A DNA stretch of 64,000 bases from Octopus sinensis. Lineage: Eukaryota. This document shows, one piece after another, positions 40,645 to 53,800 of the stretch. Within the stretch, counting starts at the first letter, position 1; each line of letters starts with the position of its first letter. The stretch is from NCBI RefSeq assembly GCF_006345805.1, contig NC_043006.1, positions 90,582,001 to 90,646,000 on the forward strand, written 5' to 3'. Position numbers and translations under genes: made by a program. The notes below the pieces were generated by a model. The model saw only the letters and a list, made by a program, of their open reading frames with translations, had not been told where the DNA came from and made no database searches.

Positions 40645-42589
40645 CAGAGAGAGAGAGACAGGCAGACAGACAAAGAGAGCTGAGGTATACACAACAACTG
40701 AATTATCTGTTGCTTGTTGTGTGTGTACCAACTGAGAAAAGACTGTCAAAATGATATGCGATTTGTTGAAAAGTATGGAAAATCAGATGTAAAATATCTG
40801 TCTGTGGATAGGGAAATAGGTCATTTCAGTTTTGAGGTCAAGACAAATTTTCCTTCTTAATATGACACATGTTTTTGTGCCATATGCAGTTAAAAGTCAG
40901 TGTTTAGCTAAAAATGTAGAAGGAAATTTCCTTCTTGAAAGCAACAAATTTTGTGGGGTGGGTATTAGCAGTCAATTAAATCATTCCCAGTACTTGACAG
41001 ATATTTTTATTTTATCGATTTTCAAATGGATGAAAGGCAAACTTGACCTTAGTTGGATTAAAACTCTGAACATAAAAGGTCGCAACTAAATACTGCAAGG
41101 CATTTTCTCGAGTATTGACACGATTTTAGAAATGACTGTTGTAGTGCGGTGCCGTTTAAAATACTCATGATGTTAAAAAAATAAATAAATATAATCTTTG
41201 TTAACAATGAACTTCAGATAGAATGAGATGAAAAGCCAGGAAAATTCAGAGTGCGATCAATAAGGGTGACCTAACGTGACAAAGATACAGCCATTTTAGC
41301 TGTTGAAACTACACGATGTGATATGTTTAACACAAAGTGCCGTGATGTGGATTTATAAAAAAATATGTATAACAATTTTTATTTTGTTGTTATTTTACGT
41401 TTATACAAAAATATATTCAATACAGAAGAAAATAATTATGTTGTTAAATAGAACTTCACTAGACTAGTTTCATCTCCTTTTTTATTTTTCATTCTTATGT
41501 TCTGTTTATTCAAATAGCTACTGAGGAAGTTTGAAATTCTGAACCTTTGACCTTTATCATATATAAAAACGAAAACGCTAGGCTTGTAGTCTCTTTATGA
41601 GATGTCATTCTACTGGTTTTTGTTTGTTTTATATTTGTTTTGAATAATAATTGCTGTTGTTGTTTGTTTAGCCCTGAGTCTGCTCCAATCGACATGTCTA
41701 TGATGAAAGGCACTCCAAATGTCTTTTTGAGGTCAACTGTGTAAATGTCTTTTACTTGAGGATGGCTGGGTGTTATTCGAGAGGGTTGAAACCGATTCTT
41801 AATAAAAATAATTGTTCTTATCAAGTCTTTGTGGCCAGAATTGGTAGATCAGCCTATTTTGGTGTTTGTAGGATTGCATAATTTCCCTATATTATTTATT
41901 TCAAAAGAAGCAGACAAGCCTTCTATTATTATATGTTGCTTCTTCAGCTTTTGGATTGGAAACAAGTGAACCATTACTTTAAAATTCAAGTGAATTCAAG
42001 TGAAGCAGAAAATATAATTTATATCATCATTCACAGACTCTCATAATATACCAAGATTTTATTTTTACTAAATGAAGTTTCCTACCTTCACAAAAAAAGT
42101 TATATTTAAAGTGGTATAAAAAATATAGCTGTAATCTCTCTAGGATGCGACATTTTGGCATGACATTTGTTTTTTTTTAATTTTTTTTAATCATTTAAGA
42201 TATCTGTGCTAACATTTCCACCTGTTGTTATTTAAATTCTGTTGTTATTTAACCCACTTAGAACAGCAAATGTTATTTCGAATGTTCAAACTTTTGCTAA
42301 ACTTTAACTTTAAAAGCAACAGCTGCACTAATATATTAGTTTAATAAACTCTTACAACTCGAAAAAAAGCAAATAAGATTCATTTCATTGTACATTCATT
42401 CCCACATTCTACCTACGTTCATGTATCTTCTTCCTTTATTCTATTCATCCTTTATATTTAAGTTTTCTGAATGTAAGTTATGTTTGTAGGGATAATTACA
42501 TTTTGTTACCCCTGCACCAACTCTGTTTTCATGTAACTTTCTTTATAATGCAAATAGTTTTATGAAATTTTTGAAGATGTTGCCAGTGA

Positions 42590-42770
42590 TTATTATCTCC
42601 GCCTTAGTGAAGGCAGAGGTATTGTTTTCAGTCGTGTTTATTTGTTTGTGCGTGGACAGGATTTGGATGAAACTTTCAGAGATGTTTGGCCTCATGACTG
42701 GCACGAACTGATTAGATTTTGGGATCGAACCAGTACCAAACAAGGATTCTGGATTATTTGTTATATTTAC
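42590..42770. mobile_element. Short HINE/Helentron-like MITE fragment
   Basis: TTATCTCCGCC...GGCAGAGGTATTGTTTTC...GGATTTGGATGAAACTTT...GATTAGATTTTGGG layout. Confidence 0.5.
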
Positions 42771-45700
42771 GATCTTACGTTGACTCTCAAGTCTTTCTCA
42801 ATTATGTCCCTTTAGGCCATTTTCAAAGTTTTATTTTCGTTTTTCTATTATTAATTTTACTCGCGTCTTTATCTTAGTAGAAAGTGATGGATAAAGAAAT
42901 CAAACTACATCAACAAACTGCAGCTCATCAAGATGAGGGGAGTGTCAGTTTTGAATATATGAAATGTATTATATTAATTGGCGCGTCTCTGAAACGGCCT
43001 GTAGATGAACAATTTTGTAATTTTTGTATTTTTATTTTTTCTGTGTTTTCTGGAATTTTAATACGTCATTTTAATATGTCCTTTATATGTTTTATTATCC
43101 CAAATTTTTAATTTACCAATGTTTTATAACTTTAAGCGTAAATTCACCGTGTTTTGTATGTAGCACTGATTCTTATATATTTATATATATTATATGATGT
43201 TTATTTATATATATTATTATATTTTTATACGTTGGATTTTATATCTGTTCTGTAGATATAAATGAATATATGAATATATGTATGTATTTGATCGTTGTGT
43301 GTGGATTTTAGTAATTTTCCTTTAGTTACTGCTCGCATTGGCTCCACTCTAATTAAGAAATGGAATATAGCTCATTTGGAGCACTGCAACTCCAGTCTGT
43401 ATTATATTTTGAGTATTGTTATTACTAGCTATCTCAATATAACTGTATTTTATACATATAAATATATATATAGATGGTGACTTTATACATAGTGTCATAT
43501 AAACACATACATACATACATAAAAACTTTATTCTACTTCTTTTGCCAATAGTGTATATTTCAGTAAGCTTATTGTACCATTTTTACCTGTGCCTTTATTG
43601 CCATTTACCTTGCTCTTTCAAGTTATGTTGTGTGGTGGTAGTGGTGAGTCGGATATCTCTAAGCGGACATTTGGTTTACTTGAGTGATAAGCCAAATCTT
43701 CCTTAAACTACACCTTAATGTCTTAACAGAAATGTGTGGTGGAGCAAGACATTCTAAATGATAGACTATCAAGAAAAAAAAGGTGGGTTGCTCTTTCGCC
43801 TGGGAGACGGGGAGGTGTAGCTGTGCTATTGATTGATTGTTTTGTATGAAGCCCAAGATATTGCTTTCAAAAGTTCTTTCTGACAACAATGTTGAGGTTA
43901 TTCTGTCACTTTCTGCATCCAGAGAATCCATCAAACATCCATTTTGTGCCCTGCAATGTGCATTTTTCCTTCAAGCTATTTGAATGTGACACCAACACCA
44001 CCAATTTGCTTTGGGTTTTGAATAAAATCCTCTTCTTGTATATCACAGTGTAGCTAATAGAACAATGCAATAGATGTACTGCATTATTGTTTTGCTAAGA
44101 AATTAGTTGTGAGTGATATCTGAATGTCATACTGTGTCATAAGTCAGGAGGTTCTAGAAATAGAAAAATCCGAAAGAAAAGATATCACTTCTGGCCTACC
44201 GATTGAATGGTTACGAATCGATCAACATCAATTGTGAAAAACATTTGCAGGTAAAGTAACTCTATGCAGGGAGACATTAAAAATGTTAAAAACACAAGAG
44301 TTTGAGGCTAATGCATTCTTACACCAAAATTCATTCCATATCACAACACAGAAGACCAGACGTATCACCATTCTTTTTCTGTAAAAGTTTCCCATACTGG
44401 CAACTATCATGCCACGTAGTCCAAGAGCTGTGAAAAAACTTGAAAGAGCTGCTACATAGTTGCTTGATTCCTTAGTGATAGCAGCCAAATTTCCCTCAAA
44501 CTACATCCTATCATTGTATGAGAGTACACATTTGACAATCCAGATTTGATTAGAGCATAGCCAGACTAGCTTTTGATCATAAGTGTATCTTCTCTAACAG
44601 AGCTAAACAACAGCCAGAATGCCAAATTCTAAGCACATTACTCATGCATCGTACACCACTAAGCAAGGTAGCCAATGTTCACTGTCTATCATAGCACGAA
44701 AAGTAAAAAAGATAGTGATTTTGTAATTACAACTCTAACAACATTAAATACACTTTTATGAAACTGTCATAAGAAATTTACTTTGCAATAATACAAGAAA
44801 GCTGTAATCTTAAAAGATCTTCTATTATTCATTACACTTCAGTGAGGCACATGGGCCAAACATTGTGAAAGTCTCATAACATATATTTAATACCTAGCTC
44901 AGCTAACTTTCAAACACTTCTGAGGTCTGACAATGCACAAGATATGCAAATATTCAAAATAAAAATTAATGATATGAAACTCATTTATTCATACAATATG
45001 CATAATACTACCAACTGTCTAGGTAGTTCATTCAAAAACTGACATTCTCATACAAAGCCCTACTAGGAACACACTACCACACATAACTCACCACATTAAC
45101 TATAATTCCTGCTGTACTCTTAGCTACTACAACAATGTGACAAACAATCCCCCAACTCAACTCTGACAACCTATATAACTCATCATTATTGCAACATACA
45201 ACAAAGGAAAAGCATTTTCCACAAAGTTTAACAAAGAATCAGTGGAAACTCTTCCAGCAATTACAGTTTGTAGAATTCAGTGATCCTAACATAGCTTTTG
45301 CAATACATGTTGCTCAACAAAATAATGCTAAAAACTCTCAGCCAAAAAGAAAGCAACAAATAAAAACAAACTTTCTTATAAGGCAACCTAAAAAATATTT
45401 ATTGCCAATTACACAACTGAGATAACGCATCTGATAAAAGCCAGGCACAATTTCAAACATAACAAAACACATTGGAAATTCAGTATCAAGCAACTTAACT
45501 TAAAATTAGAAAAAATAAAAAAAAACAAAAGGAAAGCATAAAACTTACAAAAATGTATGTATTCAAATGAAACTACAATGTTAAAAAAAAGTACAATATA
45601 ATTAGAAGCAACTGTTATCTAAATAACAACTGTACTACATCACATGGTTATATCAAGTAACGTACTGGCCTTCTAACAATAGGCAAGCTCTTTTATCAAA

Positions 45701-46374
45701 CACCTATCAAAAAAAGGACTCCCTAAAGACAACCAAAGATAAAAGCAGAAAAAAAAAAGCAAGATATATACTTGAACACCTCTGCCCTGAATTTGATCCA
45801 TCCCACTCTTTAGACAATGATAAAGCAATAGGTAAATGCTGAAACTCAAGTCTTAAGGTCAGAAATAGCTCAAAAGAGAACCAGCACCTATTGACACAGT
45901 TAAATTTCCAGAAACAAGCAAAATTACAAAATGATAGCCATTCTAACACCCAAGAAAAAATCTATCCTTTCTATCCCTAAGCTACACAGTAGTCTTTCCA
46001 ATTTAAACATGGATCCAGACTCCTTCATTCAATTATGCACACATCTCACAAACCATAAAGAATGGAAATGTTAGAACCATAAGAATGCATGATGACTAAA
46101 GCAGCTTAAAAAAGTAAAGAAATTACGTGTCTTTCTATTACCACCAGTGTCAGATATTTGTCTGTTTTGGCATGATTTCTACAGTTGGTTGCCCTTTCTA
46201 GTGCCAACCACTGTACAGAGTATACTGAGTGCTTTTTACATGGAGCCAGTTCTTTTTATGACAAGTACAAAATATCTAGCAATTTTTTCAGAAACCTGCT
46301 TAGCAAATTCAGCTCATCATTACTATACAATGTTCAATAATTACATACATGAAGTTTGAAATTTCTTCATTGTA

Positions 46375-47895
46375 CACCCAGAACCAAGCTAATAGCTTAG
46401 GAGTAAAATGTAAGATTTCTTGGTATTCTGTGAATCAATTTCAATAAAACTTTTCCCAGCTGGTCTGCACACTACAACATCACCATTGTTATGTTTCATT
46501 ATGCTGTGTAACGTCCTTTTTTTATTTCAGATTCTTCAGTTTTTGAGTGAACTATATTAATAGCTTTTGAATGAAAATAGACAATCTAAACATTTTTTAA
46601 AGAAAATGAAGAGTAATGATACATATTAAGCATACTTTGAGTAATATGTTTAACAGAAGACCATAATAATATTATAGCATTTATTGACATAATGAATTAT
46701 TTATCCACATGAGCGCCATTTCCACGGATAACTTCAAGAACCCCATTAGCCATGGAATCTGTCAATTTCTTAATAGTAGCAGGCTGGACTGCCTCAGCTG
46801 CAGCTTTGATGGTCGCCCATAAGACATCTTTTGATGTAAATTGGCATCTATCAACATAAACATCTTGATTAACGATGGACCAACGATTTTCGATAGGGTT
46901 GAGATCTGGAGATGCAGGCAGTCACACCATCAACCTTTTACCTTGAATGCCATAAGACCCTAGTAATGTTTGGGTGGTCCTAGCAGAGTGGGAGGGAGTG
47001 TTGTCATGCATGAATAAGAAATTCCTTAGAAGTGACAGTGGCATGTCATCTAGCCAGGGATCCAAGACCTCCTTCAGGAGATTGCAGTAGGTGGCTGCAG
47101 TCACTTTAACCCCTTTAGGCTCACCCTGACTTAGCCAACAAATCTGTCCCCAATGATACCAGCCCACAACATGACTCCACCCTGTTTTTGATGTCATAAA
47201 CGTTGGTGACACTCATCTCCAAAATAGACCCAACCATTTGCCCAACTCTCAAGTCCATCAAGGGTTGCCCTGGTTTTGTCAGTGAACAGAACACTACTAA
47301 TGTCTAATGTCTATACTTTTGGGCCCATTGAAGCCTCAAATTTCTGTGACAGAGTGTTAAAGGAGGCAGTTTCAGGGGTCCTTGCACAGACGCCATGGTC
47401 CCGAGGATGTGATTTCTGGTGGCTTTCGGGACTTGAGGAAGTCCAGAACCAGTGAAAATGGCTTTGCTTGTTTGTCCAGGTTTCCCATGTAACTTGCACT
47501 CAGTCTTGGAGGTCCCACAATTGGCTCATTCCTTCATTGGCAAAGGGTCCTTCAGGAATTGTCTAACCATGTCCACATGATGACCTAACTTTTCAGCAAT
47601 AACATGAAGAGAGGTGCCTTTAGCACTTTCCTTGATGATGACAGACTTTTCTCCATTGTTAAGGCCTTTTCCATGTCACATTGTTCTTAGAGAGAAGAGA
47701 TGCTATTAGCGTGGTTCACCAAAAAACTGAAGAATCTGAAATAAAAAAGAAAGGATGTTACACAGAATAATGAAAACATAACAATGGTGTTGCTATAGTT
47801 TGCAAACCAGCTGGAAAAAGTTTTATCAAAACCAATTCACAGAAAACCAAGAAATTCTAAGTTTCACTCTTAAGCTATTAGCGTGGTTCTGGGTG
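46375..47895 (-). mobile_element. Tc1-family DNA transposon with IR/DR-type long TIRs and a decayed transposase
   Basis: TA|CACCCAGAACC ... GGTTCTGGGTG|TA. ~190-bp TIRs (46375-46565, 47700-47895). Transposase motifs MHDNTPSH and PASPDLNPIENRWS (DD34E-type) on the minus strand. Confidence 0.88.
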
Positions 47896-50800
47896 TAATT
47901 ATCCATATGCCTCATCCTGTTTTTTGTTAAAATTATATCTACATACGCTTTGCTTTTTAGCATACCAAGACTCATTCGCTGCTCTCTTTAACTGTTGTTT
48001 TTTGACTACTTCTGCCTGACATGAACTAGTTCCATAAATTAAAAGTAGCATGTACCTAATGTTCTTTTTATAAGCAACATTCAAGAATATTAAATATAAC
48101 TAGCACATCACAGTCAAGCATATAGAAAACTAGGAATAATTTATGCACAGTATTCACAGTTCATATAGAATAGAAAATGAAACTGTACAAGCATATTTAA
48201 AAGTACTCATGCTCCATAGGCTATAGATATGTGGTTTTAGGGGGCCAGTTGCTCTCTATTTGACAGAAGATTATGCTTATGTCTAATATCATCAGATTTA
48301 GGACCAAAAATTTACATAGACTTATTTAAATGATTTCACAGAATATTGAAAATATCCAACTATTTTTATTTCATTAACTGATTTTATATTTTATGCCTAT
48401 CTGTAAGATATTAAATATATATTCAGCATGATCTTCCACATTTGCTCAATATTGCTATTGAATAAAAACAAGAAAAATTATTGTATTTTCTTAATGGTGG
48501 CAGAATATTAGTTATTTGAGATGGTTTTTAACTTTAGCTGACTTTATTGAAAAATTTAATTAATAATTGTTGCTATTTTCAAAATTGGTAGTAAGTCATT
48601 GAATTTCATGGGGAAAAAAAAAAAAAAAAATTAAGGTTATCTGATGTGATTTCAGAAAGGTCTGGATGGCAGTTAATGTATATAATTATAACATTAAACA
48701 TCATTTATTTTGAGATAAACTGATGTTAAATTTTATTTTGTGTAAGTATATATTTTATTGCCTGCCAAATTATTCTTGTTAAAATGTAACGAATATGTAC
48801 TACTGAGAAAGTCAACATGAGGTTTACAAGTTTTTGTTGTTTTTGTAGTAAAAACATTAAAGTTTTTTATTTTCATTTAATTTCATGATTAAAGAGAATT
48901 ATATATATATATATATATAATATATATATATATAATATATTGTATAATTTTTAGTTCTTGTACAAGCAATCAACTTGTAGCTCTTTAAAATATATTAAAT
49001 CTGATTTTGGATAGTTTGCTATAAATATGAAAATAATTTGAAATATATCTGAAATTTTAGATGTCAAATGGTTCATTTAATAACTGATTGAAAATTAAAA
49101 CAAAAATATTTTGTTTTTTTTAAATTTTATTATTTTTCATTAATATGGAAACGTTATAACAGATTATTAATGTAGCATATAGTGGCTATTTGAACAAAAA
49201 TTTCAAATTGCAAACAGAACGTCTGGTATTTTCTGAAAACATCCCTGACAACAACTAGTTAGTTGTTAATTAGTAGAAACAACTATATTTTGTTACCTTA
49301 ACCATTGATCAATATCTAATTAGCTTTGCTTGAGCTTGATTGATTGATTGTTGTTGTGGGTGCTTCATAACTATAAACAATACTATGTATGAATATTGAT
49401 TTTAATGTCTTTACAAGTTTTAATTGAACAGATTCTATAAAATGACTACTAGCAATTTTATATTAAAAGTAAAAAAAGAATGGAATGTTGTCTAGAAATA
49501 TGTAGTCCAATTTGCACACAGTATTTCATTAACATTGATTTTTTTAAGCAATTTATCATTACTATAAGCTGGATTATACACTTTCTCTAAGCTAATCTGG
49601 ATGTTTTGCTTTGGACATGTGATAGCAAGCATTTAGCCTTCCAGCGAAGGTCACAGTAGTTGCATGAAATGAATATGGGAGATCTGACCTCATACACACA
49701 AAGCATAGTGAGGTATCATAAGAAGCAAATTAAATTAGAGCTGTTATAAAAATATGAATATAAAAGATTGGTTTATTCTATCATAAGTCTGAAAATGATG
49801 CAAGCTTCACATCCATTTAACTGAGTTACTCTTTTAGTGGGTTGTGTGACCATACTAGAGTACCACTATTGATTAATGAGTATTGATTTCTAAATTAGGC
49901 ACAAGGCCACAAATTTTGGGAAAAGAACAGTTGATTATATTCCACTCCAACTCAATATTGATTGGTACATATTTTATTGATTTCAGAAGGATGAAAAACA
50001 GGATTTGATTATGCTAACATTATATGAAAACACTGTTGTCAAATGCTTGAAAAGGAACACAAAAAAAGAAAAAAAACGCTGTAGAGATATTGAATTATTA
50101 AGGTTAAAGGTTCAACTAGTTAATGTGAGGAGGAGTGAGAATTCCACTTAACCTTGGAATATACAAAATACAGTGTATTTATGAAGCTTTTGGAAGAGGA
50201 TGTGTAAGATGGCTGACAGGTGTGAATTAGTTGATGAATTATTCAACCCACTGTTTAATCTGCTTGTGTTTTTAGTGAATCAAATGGGTTGTGAAGAAGT
50301 AAGTTGTTGAAGAATACTTTGTGAAAACTGCCCAAAGTTACAAAAATGAGCAACTTTGTGATAGATTCAATCATGCTCCAAGTTTCTAAAATTGATTTGT
50401 TATTATCTTGTTTTTAGATTTTCAAGGGTGTTGAATATTTACTCCTAACTTTTCCGTTTGGATAAAAAGTGCACTTTTTTTCCATGCACACATAATCAGA
50501 AAGTATAAAATATGTAGTAAAAGCCAAATATATGGTGTCCTTGTAATGCTTGTTTTATAACTTGATGTACTCATTAAAGGTAATGTTTTAATGTGAATAA
50601 CAGAGATGAGACATGACCTGTTAACTTTCAGCTAATATAATTTCACTTTCTTATCTTGACCTGCTACAGTACTCCACCTAAAATACCCCCTTCGGACATG
50701 AATGACCATGGGATTGCACTAGAAAGTAAATCTCTGAGACACAAGTCCAGAGGAGGCTGTTTACAGAAGATCAGCAGTCACCCATGCATATCAGCCTCCC

Positions 50801-53800
50801 CTCCCCGTACCACAGATTTTATCCAAGGGAGAAGCAAAGGCCAATACAGCTTGGCACCAGTGACATTACAACTCATCTCTACAAGTGAGTGAAGTGGAAC
50901 AGCATGATTTAAAGTGTCTTGCTCAAGAACACAAAACACAGCCTGGTCCAAGAATCTAACTCACTGCCTCATAATTGTGAGCCTGATGCTCTAAACACTA
51001 AGCCATGCACCTTCACACAAAATGTGTTGGCAAGTATGGGCTTGGACACATGGCATTCATGTTATTAGCATGATGTTCTAACTAACTGAGCTAACCAGCC
51101 TACATAATTTGCAGTACTCCACATACTAAACAGAATATCATATTACAGTAGAGGATTGATAAAGTGTGAGGTTCTATTTTTTTCTTTTCTTTCTCTTGAT
51201 ATTTCTTAGTTTGTGTTTCAAAAGTTAGTGGTTTTTTCAGTGACCTTATAACAGTGCTGTGTTCACCTAGAAAAGTTATTCAAATTGTAAGATTACTATT
51301 TAATATAAATATCTGTTAAGTTGCATTTTTATTTGTTTTGTTTTTGAGAATGCTGGGTATGGTTAGAACTAAGATTAAACCCTCCTCCATAAAACCATTG
51401 ATTTAGTCCTAATCACACTACTAGGTAATGTCAATCCTTCATTGTGCACAGTAAATATTGTATGTAGCTCATAAACATTCTGTCAAAGTCTGCAACTGAT
51501 TTTGACTGGAAGCAGGAATTGTTCAATTTATTCTGGTAATGCCCTTGATGAATGACATAACTGTCATTTTCTATTTCTCTTCCTCATAACTCTAAAGCTT
51601 TAATACTAATCAAGAAACCTTTGTTTGTTTCTCTAATGATGATTTTAATTGAGTTATTAACACTACCTCACTGATTTTTTTTTCCTGGTGTTCATCTCTC
51701 TCTCCTTCTATCTTTTCTTTTTCTTCTTTAGCAAAGTATATTGATAAGTATTATATGTCTGAAAAACCAATTGCATGTAAAACTGTTTCATTGATAAAGT
51801 GATTCTCCCCCACTGTTACATTTTTCATGAAGTGCTTTTAGAATAGTTTTCAAAGGTACTTGGAATAATCATTTTTTACAAAGATATGTGCATGAAATAT
51901 AAATGTTGAGGAAATCACATTAGCAACTGTTCTACTTTGTGGACTGTGTTAAAGATAATAGCTTTTGTAAATGATTTCTTTTTTTCTTCAAATACATTTA
52001 TTAGTATTTGCTATATTGGATAAAGTTGTTTTGTACTGGGTACAATTCATGGTTTTACGAATATCTAACTGGGGTCTTTTGAAGAGTTAGGAAATCCACT
52101 GGGTGAAGAAAATATTCCATGCTTGTATGTAATAATAAAGCCAAATGAAGGAAAGGCAAAAAAAAAAAAGTAAATGCATAGAAGCTGTGACTTGTATAAA
52201 AGACATACAATAAATAATCTTTCCAAATGGATAATTCTTGACAAAGCTTTAGTATCAATGAAGAAGAGTTAGTAAAATTCAATATTGCTTATACAATGTA
52301 AAAAGTGGAGTATGTGTGTATTTTTTTGTAATCCAATAATTTTATATACTAACACACTTCAAATGTATGAGTAGCATAAGCTGGTAATGGAAGTAAAGCA
52401 TTTCAGAAGATAAATGGTTTTGTGGTGTGTATGGAATGAGTGAATAAATTCTGTTTCCAGAAGATATAAGTAGTGTTTGTTTTGGACTTTGCAAAGTTGT
52501 TTGTGAAGATGAAGTATATCAGTCCAAAATGAATAAATATTAACTTGTTTTCATTTATGTTGAAGTAGTTCTCATCACCTTTGCACTAACAGTTTTTACA
52601 AAACAAAGTGTTTGGAACATTTAATGATTGAAAATATGTGTATTACCTAGATTTGGTAGAATTAGTGCAATATGATATATGTGTATGTATATTGTACCTT
52701 GAATAAAAATTTTCAAAATGATTTTGTAAAAGAGTAGTCAATTTGCAGTAGTTGTTCTTCCAAGTATTATATTGAAATTTTTTAATTCAAAATTGATTAA
52801 AAAAAAAAGTCAGAAAACAATTTATTAAAATTACGTTTGATTAAGTAATGCTTACATTTCCACAAAATACTACACATTGAAGAGCCTTTTTTATTAAACT
52901 ATTTAAAAATAACTTAAAAACTGCAATGATTTCTTTACCCAAGCAAAACCAATTCTATCTAATGAGAGCTTCATTCCATCTCAAAATATACAATTCTTAG
53001 TGGCATATTACATCAGCAATACAACTGTCCAAAGAATAAAAGAACAGAAATCATATTATGATGTTTTACTATGTATGAACAGTGATTCTAATACATCTTA
53101 TCAGTATGTCTTTCCAGCTAATAAAATTAGATCAATAACATTAGTTTAATCCCAAAAAAGCAAATTGTTTTGTGATACAAATGATTTAAGAAGTATATCG
53201 ATGGACTACATTTTGTCATTACATGAAGGCATAGCAGCATATTTGAGAAGTTCAGTCCCACTGTATGTACCTTGTGCAGGTACCTTACTCTGTAGCCTGG
53301 TACTAACCAATGCCTTGTGGGTAAATTTGGTAGACAGAAACTGTACAAAGGCCATTGTATATATATGTGCATGTCTGTGTGAATGTTTATATTCTATGCT
53401 CTCATGAAAATAGCACTGAGCTACAAGTGGGGAACTTTGTAAATTGTCTGAAGCTCTCCACTTTCAAAGATGTGTGGAACAAAAAAAAAAAATTCCCAAG
53501 TTCAAAACGTGACCATAAAGAAAGCTTCAACAGCATGTGCTCCTTCACTAACCCTTGCTGACATGAAGAAAATGAAATTTAAAATGAATGATCATAATAC
53601 CCAAGTAGTACCTATGAATAACTTTGACATGATCACACCTGAATAAATTATTGTTTTCTCACTAGAACATTCATATGGTAGCATTGCATGCTTCACACAC
53701 TTAATATTTTTAGTATATTTTGTCATTCAGTGTAATGGTTAGATGATCAATGTTATTTAAGTTATTTACTATTTTAGGTACTTGCTTATTCAAATGAAAA

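Noticed and set aside
42884-44250. Possible first exons of a third gene (MDKEIKLHQQ..., KISLLAYRLNGYESINI...)
   Set aside because: Weak splice signals, no recognisable homology and no consistent phase chain.
45189-45950. A/C-rich stretch with short ORFs, suspected LINE
   Set aside because: No diagnostic RT or endonuclease motif could be read.
46531-46560. Very strong plus-strand splice acceptor suggesting a host exon
   Set aside because: Lies inside the left TIR of the Tc1 element; the frames close quickly.
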